Below are positions 19,092 through 30,729 of a stretch of DNA of 64,000 nucleotides, piece by piece. Source of the DNA: Nitrosopumilaceae archaeon (lineage in GTDB: Archaea; Thermoproteota; Nitrososphaeria; Nitrososphaerales; Nitrosopumilaceae). A program made the translations under genes and the position numbers. The stretch is taken from contig OZ242365.1 in the NCBI GenBank assembly GCA_965208905.1, forward strand, positions 960,001 to 1,024,000, written 5' to 3'. Every line of letters starts with the position of its first letter. The first letter of the stretch is position 1. Under the pieces are notes generated by a model that saw only the letters and a program-made list of their open reading frames with translations, was not told where the DNA came from and ran no database searches.

Positions 19092-20753
19092 ATGTCTATT
19101 GTAGACTCTAACTCGAATTTAATTCCGGTAAGGATGTTGACACAATTTGTATACTGCCCTCGCTTGGCTTACTTGGAATGGGTACAGGGCGAGTTTGCGT
19201 ATTCAGCCGATGTGGTTATGGGTACACAAAAACACAAGAATGTTGATACGCCGGCCAAAAAAAGCATGGATGAAAAGCAAGACACAATACATGCAAAGTC
19301 AATACTTGTTTCAGATGAAAAACTTGGTATTATAGCCAAAATAGATATCATGGATATACAGGGAAATGTGGCGATGCCAATAGAGTACAAACGTGGCAAA
19401 GTTCCAGAAAATTCTGCAAAGGCATGGGAAGATCATATGATACAGCTGTGCGCACAGGGGCTCTTGCTGCGTAAGCACAACTATATGTGTACAGAAGGTG
19501 TGATATATTATGTGGCATCTAAACAGCGCATTACAATAAAATTTGATGATATTCTTGTTGCCAAGACGCTGCAAGCAATACATGATATAAAAGAGATGAT
19601 ACAGCAACAAAAGATCCCCCCACCACTGGTGAATTCTCCTAAATGTCCACGATGTTCTCTGGTGGGTATATGCCTGCCGGATGAGACCAGTTTATTGATG
19701 CCGGGCGTACCGACTGTACGCAAAGACCAAGTACGTAGATTATATCCAATTCGAAATGATGCAGTTCCAGTATATGTTCAGGAGCAAGGAGCCTACGTGT
19801 CCCTATCTGGTGATAATATTGTAGTAAAAAGACAGAGTGGAGATAAACAAAAGATTCGATTAATTGACATATCTGCGCTAGTATTATTTGGAAATGTACA
19901 GGCAAGCACTCAGGCGATACGGACTTTATGTAATCGAGGTATACCAATATGCTACCTTAGTTATGGTGGATGGTTTTACGGACTAACTACTGGCTCTACA
20001 AGCCGAAATGTGGACTTGCGCATACACCAACATAACACCTACAAGAGCAAGTCACTTCTTTTGAATATTGCTCGTGAAATTGTGTCAGGCAAAATTAAAA
20101 ATTGCGCAACACTACTTAGACGTAATGGGAAGCCACAACCAAAATCAGTCTTAGATGAAATGTGTACACTTGCACAAAAATCAAAAACTGCTAAAAACTA
20201 CAATACGCTCTTGGGTTTGGAGGGGCTGGCGGCACGTCTGTACTTTGGAGCATTTCAGACAATGCTGCGAGGCGATATGAATACTTTTTACTTTCAGGAA
20301 CGAAATCGACGGCCGCCCAAGGATCCTGTAAATACAATATTGTCTTTTTTGTACGCTCTGCTGACACGTGAAATGACCACTACTGTATCTCTGGTGGGCT
20401 TTGATGTGTATTTGGGGTTTTTGCACACGCCCCACCATGGGCGGCCCTCACTTGCTCTGGACTTAATTGAAGAATTTCGACCCTTAATAGCAGATTCGGT
20501 ATGTATTTCAATAATAAATAATGGCGTGGTGTCAAAGTCAGATTTTATAATTACACCATTTGGTGTAAATTTGAACGCAGATGGGCGGCGCAAGGTAATT
20601 GAGGCATTTGAAAACAGGTTAAATTCAACAATTCATCATAAATTACTTGGATATTCTGCCAGTTATAGACGAATAATGGAGACGCAAGCCAGGCTTTTAG
20701 CGCGACACATATCTGGTGAAATCCCTGCATATCCGCCCTTCAGGACCCGCTAA
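19092..20753 (+). CDS. cas4-cas1: Cas4-Cas1 fusion
   Basis: YCPR, KID, EYKRG, QLCAQ, C..CSL...C (Cas4); GLEG..AR.YF, RNRRPPKDPVN, LALDLIEEFRP (Cas1). Confidence 0.97.
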   Translation: MSIVDSNSNLIPVRMLTQFVYCPRLAYLEWVQGEFAYSADVVMGTQKHKNVDTPAKKSMDEKQDTIHAKSILVSDEKLGIIAKIDIMDIQGNVAMPIEYKRGKVPENSAKAWEDHMIQLCAQGLLLRKHNYMCTEGVIYYVASKQRITIKFDDILVAKTLQAIHDIKEMIQQQKIPPPLVNSPKCPRCSLVGICLPDETSLLMPGVPTVRKDQVRRLYPIRNDAVPVYVQEQGAYVSLSGDNIVVKRQSGDKQKIRLIDISALVLFGNVQASTQAIRTLCNRGIPICYLSYGGWFYGLTTGSTSRNVDLRIHQHNTYKSKSLLLNIAREIVSGKIKNCATLLRRNGKPQPKSVLDEMCTLAQKSKTAKNYNTLLGLEGLAARLYFGAFQTMLRGDMNTFYFQERNRRPPKDPVNTILSFLYALLTREMTTTVSLVGFDVYLGFLHTPHHGRPSLALDLIEEFRPLIADSVCISIINNGVVSKSDFIITPFGVNLNADGRRKVIEAFENRLNSTIHHKLLGYSASYRRIMETQARLLARHISGEIPAYPPFRTR

Positions 20754-20754
20754 C

Positions 20755-21045
20755 ATGAGGAATAGATACATCGTCTGTTATGACGTGACAGATCCAAAAA
20801 GACTGAATAAAACATACAAAAAGATGAATGGGTATGGTGATCCAGTACAATATTCTGTGTTTCAGTGTGAATTAAGTGACATGGAATTACTGTACATGCA
20901 AGATGATTTAAGAGAAATTTTAAATTTACAGGAGGATCGCGTACTGATTGTGGATACGGGGCCTTCTGAGAATGACATTGACAAACATATATTGACCATG
21001 GGAGTGCCATTACAATCTAGAGGTGAATCTGCTATAATCATATGA
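20755..21045 (+). CDS. cas2: Cas2
   Basis: YIVCYDV.D.KRL, VQYSVFQC. Confidence 0.96.
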   Translation: MRNRYIVCYDVTDPKRLNKTYKKMNGYGDPVQYSVFQCELSDMELLYMQDDLREILNLQEDRVLIVDTGPSENDIDKHILTMGVPLQSRGESAIII

Positions 21046-21217
21046 TGTGGGCGAGTAACCATGTGGACAAACTGGTACGGCTTGCTACTCGCAATTCAAT
21101 TATATGGTATATCAGAATTGCGTTTGATTGTTTGGCATCACGATAAAAAATGTACCAAAATCGTGCAATATGCATAAAATTGTATTGTATGGCATGGTAT
21201 TATGAATTTGTGGTGCT
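21046..21217 (+). promoter_or_regulatory. CRISPR leader
   Basis: AT-rich non-coding region between cas2 and the first repeat; GCGAGTA...TACTCGC inverted repeat; the degenerate repeat lies at the opposite end of the array. Confidence 0.8.
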
Positions 21218-24200
21218 ATTTCCGAGACATTTTTGTCTCGGCCCCATTGAAGCTTAAAAAAAAAGTTAGTTTGTTTGTGTGTGTGTATGATTTCCGAGAC
21301 ATTTTTGTCTCGGCCCCATTGAAGCATTCCGGAATCGACGGTAGTTCCGGTATCGGAGCGAATTTCCGAGACATTTTTGTCTCGGCCCCATTGAAGCTTT
21401 ACCGTTTAACGAAATAACGAAATAACGAAAAGTATTTCCGAGACATTTTTGTCTCGGCCCCATTGAAGCCAGATGGCCATAGACAAATACTATGCGGACA
21501 AGCACGATTTCCGAGACATTTTTGTCTCGGCCCCATTGAAGCCCGGCCAAGAACAGGAACGTTTTGGGATTACGCAGACATTTCCGAGACATTTTTGTCT
21601 CGGCCCCATTGAAGCGCCGCCGGGAGCAACGTACGGGAGGCGAGCGTCTAATGATTTCCGAGACATTTTTGTCTCGGCCCCATTGAAGCGTTTTAGCATG
21701 CCAACGAAAATACATACTGGTAGCGCCATTTCCGAGACATTTTTGTCTCGGCCCCATTGAAGCCGGGCCGCTATGGTCTCTATGGTGTACTTTTGCAAAG
21801 ATTTCCGAGACATTTTTGTCTCGGCCCCATTGAAGCCTGGAGGACTCGGAGCCGTACGCGCCGCTGCCGTAGCATTTCCGAGACATTTTTGTCTCGGCCC
21901 CATTGAAGCGCGGTGCGGTTTTATTATCGTCTGGCCCCGATACCAATTTCCGAGACATTTTTGTCTCGGCCCCATTGAAGCTAAAGTCGAGCCATACACG
22001 TAACATGTATGGTCAGAATTTCCGAGACATTTTTGTCTCGGCCCCATTGAAGCATATACCAAGGAATAAGGGTGTATATGGAAAAAACACAATTTCCGAG
22101 ACATTTTTGTCTCGGCCCCATTGAAGCGGTGCTGCAGACTATGTATGCTTATGGTCTGAAGTCCATTTCCGAGACATTTTTGTCTCGGCCCCATTGAAGC
22201 GCGGCGATGAATCGTTGCCCTTTGTGTTTTGGCAAATTTCCGAGACATTTTTGTCTCGGCCCCATTGAAGCAAGGGTCGGTTGGAAGATTACCGTTATGC
22301 TCCTGAATTTCCGAGACATTTTTGTCTCGGCCCCATTGAAGCAACAGGTAGGATTAAGATTATACGGTTTGATCGAAGATTTCCGAGACATTTTTGTCTC
22401 GGCCCCATTGAAGCCCTAGACCGGTTGACAACCCAAGCCCCTTTGATATATTTCCGAGACATTTTTGTCTCGGCCCCATTGAAGCGTGCCACCTTTATCG
22501 GGGAATATGACGCCCAGTAAATTTCCGAGACATTTTTGTCTCGGCCCCATTGAAGCTTACGTTGTCGCAAAAGGGATCGAGGCATTACACAAGATTTCCG
22601 AGACATTTTTGTCTCGGCCCCATTGAAGCCAGGCTTAACCGATTCCCAAATTGCGAAAGTCGTTGCAAATTTCCGAGACATTTTTGTCTCGGCCCCATTG
22701 AAGCGTGCCGATGAATCGTTGCCCTTTGTGTTTTGGAATCTGATTTCCGAGACATTTTTGTCTCGGCCCCATTGAAGCTCGCAAATGTCAAGATTGTTAG
22801 GCATCTAAGGACGCATTTCCGAGACATTTTTGTCTCGGCCCCATTGAAGCTCCCATCAGATATGATTTGACCACAAGTGGTAAAGCCGATTTCCGAGACA
22901 TTTTTGTCTCGGCCCCATTGAAGCACCCGTTGCACTTGTAAACATCTGTCTCTTAGCCGCATTTCCGAGACATTTTTGTCTCGGCCCCATTGAAGCATCG
23001 CCCATTAAACTATATCCCTCTGGTAGTGTGGGCATTTCCGAGACATTTTTGTCTCGGCCCCATTGAAGCAGGATTCATCAATCATATACAGGACGGTACT
23101 ATTGATATTTCCGAGACATTTTTGTCTCGGCCCCATTGAAGCATTCGCGACCTGGCTAACTTGTCCAACTGTGCGCGGTATTTCCGAGACATTTTTGTCT
23201 CGGCCCCATTGAAGCTTAGAATCGGGCAAAAAAGACAGTGTGTATGACAGAGATTTCCGAGACATTTTTGTCTCGGCCCCATTGAAGCGAAGGCCGTGGA
23301 CCTGGGCACCGCATGGGAGGACTACATTTCCGAGACATTTTTGTCTCGGCCCCATTGAAGCAACGAGGCGTCGGTGTCCATCACGGCCGGGACGAACGGA
23401 TTTCCGAGACATTTTTGTCTCGGCCCCATTGAAGCGAGCAGCGCCTTATGCGTCCACTGGGCCATACGGTTTATTTCCGAGACATTTTTGTCTCGGCCCC
23501 ATTGAAGCTGGACCATTTTATCACCTCATATTATGCCCGTATGGTATTTCCGAGACATTTTTGTCTCGGCCCCATTGAAGCAGAAAGTGAGTATTGTTAC
23601 ATCAAGCGATTAAAGCCATTTCCGAGACATTTTTGTCTCGGCCCCATTGAAGCCAAAGTGCCTTAGCCCCATAGTTTGCTGTGTGCGTATAGCATTTCCG
23701 AGACATTTTTGTCTCGGCCCCATTGAAGCATATCTGTGTATATGTGGGTTCAGATGCGGTCTTAATATTTCCGAGACATTTTTGTCTCGGCCCCATTGAA
23801 GCGTGTATGTTATGAGTACGGGCAAGAGTCGGGAGACATATTTCCGAGACATTTTTGTCTCGGCCCCATTGAAGCTATGAGTCCGGTGTTGGTCGGTATC
23901 TGCTTTACTACAATTTCCGAGACATTTTTGTCTCGGCCCCATTGAAGCCGGAGTTATGTCGCCAGCGAAATAAACCCCGACTATATTTCCGAGACATTTT
24001 TGTCTCGGCCCCATTGAAGCAATGTGGTTATGTCTGCGCCTGGTTGCAAGTCTTCAATTTCCGAGACATTTTTGTCTCGGCCCCATTGAAGCTGTGCTTT
24101 CTGATTGTGTTGGCTGTTGGCCCGGATAATTTCCGAGACATTTTTGTCTCGGCCCCATTGAAGCAGAGACTGTTATGAAAGGCAATAGTGAAGCAATGGA

Positions 24201-27200
24201 GATTTCCGAGACATTTTTGTCTCGGCCCCATTGAAGCTACACGGCATCATACATCAGTTCCACCTTGGACTTGATTTCCGAGACATTTTTGTCTCGGCCC
24301 CATTGAAGCCCAGGCCTAAACTTGTATCCGTGCCACCATCCAGTATTTCCGAGACATTTTTGTCTCGGCCCCATTGAAGCGAGAGTTTGAAGCAGATAGT
24401 AGACATGACATCGGCAATTTCCGAGACATTTTTGTCTCGGCCCCATTGAAGCTAGTAAAAGTACGGTCTAATCTTTATGCCGTTTCGTAATTTCCGAGAC
24501 ATTTTTGTCTCGGCCCCATTGAAGCCGAAAATACCATTTGCGAATGATCTACTTCATTCTTCCATTTCCGAGACATTTTTGTCTCGGCCCCATTGAAGCA
24601 CGCAAGTTATGTATACGTTTGCCGAAAAGGTACAAATTTCCGAGACATTTTTGTCTCGGCCCCATTGAAGCGGACCACAAGGGCCAAAAGGTGATCAAGG
24701 CGATGTTGATTTCCGAGACATTTTTGTCTCGGCCCCATTGAAGCTAACTGGTACCACCCCATACAATGGTGTGCAGAATGCATTTCCGAGACATTTTTGT
24801 CTCGGCCCCATTGAAGCGAGCAGTCGCCGAGTGAATCGTTGCCCAGCACCTGAGATTTCCGAGACATTTTTGTCTCGGCCCCATTGAAGCAATGCACGCT
24901 GGCAAGGGCCATCATACAAGGAAATGCATTTCCGAGACATTTTTGTCTCGGCCCCATTGAAGCAGGTACAATAATACGACCATCTATGATCGCGATGCTC
25001 ATTTCCGAGACATTTTTGTCTCGGCCCCATTGAAGCCGGTACAAAGCGGCATGTCGTCACAACCGACAGGAAATTTCCGAGACATTTTTGTCTCGGCCCC
25101 ATTGAAGCTCTAGGGGGACTAGTTTATCGTGAATCCACTTACCCTTATTTCCGAGACATTTTTGTCTCGGCCCCATTGAAGCAAAATTACTTTGCATGTC
25201 CTGCACCAATGCTTTTTGTGCATTTCCGAGACATTTTTGTCTCGGCCCCATTGAAGCAAAGAAGTACCTAGTCCCCTTAGGCCGGCATTCCCAGATTTCC
25301 GAGACATTTTTGTCTCGGCCCCATTGAAGCTCCGTTATGTATATGGTCGGCCAAGAGGTCCACTCATAATTTCCGAGACATTTTTGTCTCGGCCCCATTG
25401 AAGCTCTGGAGTACATGCAGTACAGTTTCGTTTTATTTTGATTTCCGAGACATTTTTGTCTCGGCCCCATTGAAGCGAAGCAAAGCGACGTCGAGGCCAC
25501 ATAATCGGTGTCATTTCCGAGACATTTTTGTCTCGGCCCCATTGAAGCAGGGCCGAAAAGGGGGGTTCTGGGGTGATATTTGGGGATTTCCGAGACATTT
25601 TTGTCTCGGCCCCATTGAAGCATACAGCGGCCTAACGCATAGACCGGGTGGTATGACGATTTCCGAGACATTTTTGTCTCGGCCCCATTGAAGCCTGTCC
25701 TCGCCAAACTCACCATTGCGCCATTTGCGCATTTCCGAGACATTTTTGTCTCGGCCCCATTGAAGCGAGTTGTTCGCCGGCCGTCTCGGCACACGCAACA
25801 CCATTTCCGAGACATTTTTGTCTCGGCCCCATTGAAGCTCGTTAACAGTTGTGCCTGCAGTATGCGCAGGATTTGCCATTTCCGAGACATTTTTGTCTCG
25901 GCCCCATTGAAGCAGCAATTCCGTACAGGCCACGCAAACGGTAATCAAAATTTCCGAGACATTTTTGTCTCGGCCCCATTGAAGCGACACACCCGAATAC
26001 GGCAAGACCAGCGTCGTATTACAATTTCCGAGACATTTTTGTCTCGGCCCCATTGAAGCACAAGGGAGGGATCTGCCCAGCACGGGGCACCCCCCATTTC
26101 CGAGACATTTTTGTCTCGGCCCCATTGAAGCTTCGCTGAGTTGGTTGGGACTGGGCAATGCTACACATTTCCGAGACATTTTTGTCTCGGCCCCATTGAA
26201 GCCAAACAAGAATCGTATGTCTTCATGGTCGTACTCGGATTTCCGAGACATTTTTGTCTCGGCCCCATTGAAGCCCCAATATGCCGCCCGCCTTTAGTGT
26301 GCGGGCCTCGAATTTCCGAGACATTTTTGTCTCGGCCCCATTGAAGCAATCGACTGCGTAATATGCGCCGAGTACAGTCTGAATTTCCGAGACATTTTTG
26401 TCTCGGCCCCATTGAAGCTAACTGCAATCGAAGCGACACCAAACAGGGACGAATGATTTCCGAGACATTTTTGTCTCGGCCCCATTGAAGCTATGGTCCC
26501 ACTCGGTTACATCCAGCCGCCTTGTATCATTTCCGAGACATTTTTGTCTCGGCCCCATTGAAGCAACAAGGAATGTACACTGGTGTTATCTAGTTCCACA
26601 TTTCCGAGACATTTTTGTCTCGGCCCCATTGAAGCTTGTAAACTCACTGTTGATAGCGAGAGAGTGAGACTCATTTCCGAGACATTTTTGTCTCGGCCCC
26701 ATTGAAGCTCCGTGATACATGATGAATAGCCGTACTGTTTCCACATTTCCGAGACATTTTTGTCTCGGCCCCATTGAAGCTGCTCAAAGACGTCTTGTAA
26801 TACATTCCGCTAGCGTAATTTCCGAGACATTTTTGTCTCGGCCCCATTGAAGCTTATCCCGATTTGCACCCTGAAATTCCAACGCTATTATTTCCGAGAC
26901 ATTTTTGTCTCGGCCCCATTGAAGCTGGGACGTGTCCGCTACTACCTCACCATTCGGGCCTAATTTCCGAGACATTTTTGTCTCGGCCCCATTGAAGCAC
27001 CGCAGCCACACGGAAATCATACTGTGAGCCATTAGATTTCCGAGACATTTTTGTCTCGGCCCCATTGAAGCAGAACCGTGTCTAGGTTGGTTTCACTTTG
27101 TTGCATGATTTCCGAGACATTTTTGTCTCGGCCCCATTGAAGCATCAACCAAGCCGGCTGTTGTTGCTACTGTTGTTGCGATTTCCGAGACATTTTTGTC

Positions 27201-30200
27201 TCGGCCCCATTGAAGCTATCCCAGTCCGTATATTGTATAACAAGGTCCATATTTCCGAGACATTTTTGTCTCGGCCCCATTGAAGCACTCCCGAAGTGGC
27301 AGGTCAAGCATACACAGAACGAACAATTTCCGAGACATTTTTGTCTCGGCCCCATTGAAGCGGTAATACAACCACAACCACTCAGGTTGTCGCCAAAAAT
27401 TTCCGAGACATTTTTGTCTCGGCCCCATTGAAGCTAATCATGCGGCCCTGTAGTTCGCCGGGGTATTCTATTTCCGAGACATTTTTGTCTCGGCCCCATT
27501 GAAGCTTCAAACTTCGGATGAACTCCGCCAAAGTCATAATATTTCCGAGACATTTTTGTCTCGGCCCCATTGAAGCTGAGAACTCTTAGAGATCTTTGTT
27601 TCTATTCCACATCATTTCCGAGACATTTTTGTCTCGGCCCCATTGAAGCTATAACTCTCTAGTCTCTGGCCATACTTTATCTATAATTTCCGAGACATTT
27701 TTGTCTCGGCCCCATTGAAGCCCAACCTACGTTGAGCAAAGTCTTTCAAGTTTGCAGGATTTCCGAGACATTTTTGTCTCGGCCCCATTGAAGCTAAACG
27801 TTTCACCGTATCCAATCGCGGGGTTGTGCGATTTCCGAGACATTTTTGTCTCGGCCCCATTGAAGCAAGCCGGCCCGCGAAATCATAGACAGTGTAATCC
27901 CATTTCCGAGACATTTTTGTCTCGGCCCCATTGAAGCATTTTGTACGTCTGTACAATCTACATAAGCGATCTCTATTTCCGAGACATTTTTGTCTCGGCC
28001 CCATTGAAGCGTATATTGCGGGGTTTGCCTAAAATGAGCATGGGTTATTTCCGAGACATTTTTGTCTCGGCCCCATTGAAGCAATCCGTAGGGGGGAAAA
28101 TACCTAAAAGCGGTCTGTTTATTTCCGAGACATTTTTGTCTCGGCCCCATTGAAGCATAGATCATTCTGGCACCCTCATAACAGGTAAAAAATTTCCGAG
28201 ACATTTTTGTCTCGGCCCCATTGAAGCCTCGCTGTTAAGAATTCTTCAAATTCCGTACTACTAATTTCCGAGACATTTTTGTCTCGGCCCCATTGAAGCT
28301 TTCAGATAGTGTCTCAAATGCACTTTCCATCGCAAATTTCCGAGACATTTTTGTCTCGGCCCCATTGAAGCACCGCTCTGAGAGTTCTGAGAACCCCAAT
28401 AGTATTTTATTTCCGAGACATTTTTGTCTCGGCCCCATTGAAGCATATGTCCGTGGGGCCGGTGGCGCGCCAGACGAATATATTTCCGAGACATTTTTGT
28501 CTCGGCCCCATTGAAGCACCCATTTTGTTAGATTGTTTACCTTCCGTTCTACGATTTCCGAGACATTTTTGTCTCGGCCCCATTGAAGCAGGGACATGGT
28601 GGCGATGGTTCGACATGCCGAGTCCGGATTTCCGAGACATTTTTGTCTCGGCCCCATTGAAGCCGCTAATCTTTTTTCCACGCAACATTTTTTAACAATA
28701 TTTCCGAGACATTTTTGTCTCGGCCCCATTGAAGCAAGTAACCATCATGGAGGACGTGCAATGAAGGACAAATTTCCGAGACATTTTTGTCTCGGCCCCA
28801 TTGAAGCGGCGATGATACAGACGATTGGGTAAAACGTCTTGTAATTTCCGAGACATTTTTGTCTCGGCCCCATTGAAGCGTTAGATGATTTTAGATTTTG
28901 GGTAGTGGTGATTGTATTTCCGAGACATTTTTGTCTCGGCCCCATTGAAGCAATTGCAAGTTTTATCAATGCGACACTTTGTGTAAATGATTTCCGAGAC
29001 ATTTTTGTCTCGGCCCCATTGAAGCGAACATTGCAGTGATAATGAACTTATGGCTTATTGCATAATTTCCGAGACATTTTTGTCTCGGCCCCATTGAAGC
29101 CCTTAATTCGGGAATTATATGCCAAATCAAACGTAAAATTTCCGAGACATTTTTGTCTCGGCCCCATTGAAGCTTAAGTCGCAGTTTGGAGTATGCCCTA
29201 TCCATTCGCATTTCCGAGACATTTTTGTCTCGGCCCCATTGAAGCAGAATGGTCAACGAACCGAGTCGTTGAGGAAGTAGCATTTCCGAGACATTTTTGT
29301 CTCGGCCCCATTGAAGCAGATATTGTACCATGTTCTTATCCGCCTGCTCACTGCATTTCCGAGACATTTTTGTCTCGGCCCCATTGAAGCTTACCAACAT
29401 ACATGGACTTTGGGCGCAACTTTACAATTTCCGAGACATTTTTGTCTCGGCCCCATTGAAGCCACCCGTAAGTTTAAAGATATTGTCTGCAAGTGCCTAT
29501 TTCCGAGACATTTTTGTCTCGGCCCCATTGAAGCCCTGCAGAGATTTGTTAGTTGCAGTGTGGCATCACCATTTCCGAGACATTTTTGTCTCGGCCCCAT
29601 TGAAGCAACGTTGCTAGATTAATCATCAGCCTGGTACGCAACATTTCCGAGACATTTTTGTCTCGGCCCCATTGAAGCTTATTATGACTCTTAAGCACAA
29701 ATGTACACACGAACATTTCCGAGACATTTTTGTCTCGGCCCCATTGAAGCTTTAGAGCCCATAGCCCGATGAACCCTGCGGAGGGATATTTCCGAGACAT
29801 TTTTGTCTCGGCCCCATTGAAGCGATGTGTCTTAAGCCGGCATCGCGCAGGTCCGTCTCGTTATTTCCGAGACATTTTTGTCTCGGCCCCATTGAAGCGT
29901 GGCAAGCTGGCCATTACGGCCGACATACCGCGGGACATTTCCGAGACATTTTTGTCTCGGCCCCATTGAAGCTTGCGGTTTACCCAGAACAGAACCTACG
30001 TATTCTTTATTTCCGAGACATTTTTGTCTCGGCCCCATTGAAGCGTTTGGTTATGTTGACGCCGGCCCGCTTTTTGACTTTATTTCCGAGACATTTTTGT
30101 CTCGGCCCCATTGAAGCGATGTGTCTTAAGCCGGCATCGCGCAGGTCCGTCTCGTTATTTCCGAGACATTTTTGTCTCGGCCCCATTGAAGCGTGGCAAG

Positions 30201-30483
30201 CTGGCCATTACGGCCGACATACCGCGGGACATTTCCGAGACATTTTTGTCTCGGCCCCATTGAAGCTTGCGGTTTACCCAGAACAGAACCTACGTATTCT
30301 TTATTTCCGAGACATTTTTGTCTCGGCCCCATTGAAGCGTTTGGTTATGTTGACGCCGGCCCGCTTTTTGACTTTATTTCCGAGACATTTTTGTCTCGGC
30401 CCCATTGAAGCACGCCTAGGGCTGGCATGTTAAAGTCTAGCCCCATGATTTCCGAGACATTTTTGTCTCGGTCCCATAGAAGC
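21218..30483 (+). CRISPR. CRISPR array, about 128 repeats and 127 spacers (manual count)
   Basis: 36-bp repeat ATTTCCGAGACATTTTTGTCTCGGCCCCATTGAAGC with an 8-bp stem CCGAGACA/TGTCTCGG; spacers about 34-40 bp; terminal repeat degenerate (30448-30483). Confidence 0.99.
29788..30375 (+). repeat. Tandem duplication of four repeat-spacer units (2 x 294 bp)
   Basis: 29788-30081 is repeated at 30082-30375. Confidence 0.95.
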
Positions 30484-30729
30484 TTGAATGGGCGGTATTA
30501 TCCAGCCAAAATCCCCCGGATTCTACTGTACATTTAGAATATTTGCCAAATAACATTGCTAGATCATAACTATTTATACAATATGCATGCCAATCACACA
30601 TAAACTTTATTGTAGGTATAAAGAGATGCAGAATGGTGCCATAGACTTGCCCTGTCAAATGAATGAACAAGAACTGGGCAACAAGCTAAAGAGTTATATT
30701 TTTAAACACAATATGACAACATTGCGGGT

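Noticed and set aside
13798-21217. Idea that TnpB A is a Cas12-like effector of the nearby CRISPR array
   Set aside because: It is separated by host genes, has its own TIR/TSD, and the array has a full type I-G effector set.
21112-30433. Dozens of ORFs with repeated peptides (MGPRQKCLGN, FRDIFVSAPLK)
   Set aside because: These are translations of the CRISPR repeat, not genes.
21218-30483. Self-targeting spacers against the tnpB elements or host genes
   Set aside because: None noticed by eye; a systematic alignment is required, so no claim is made.
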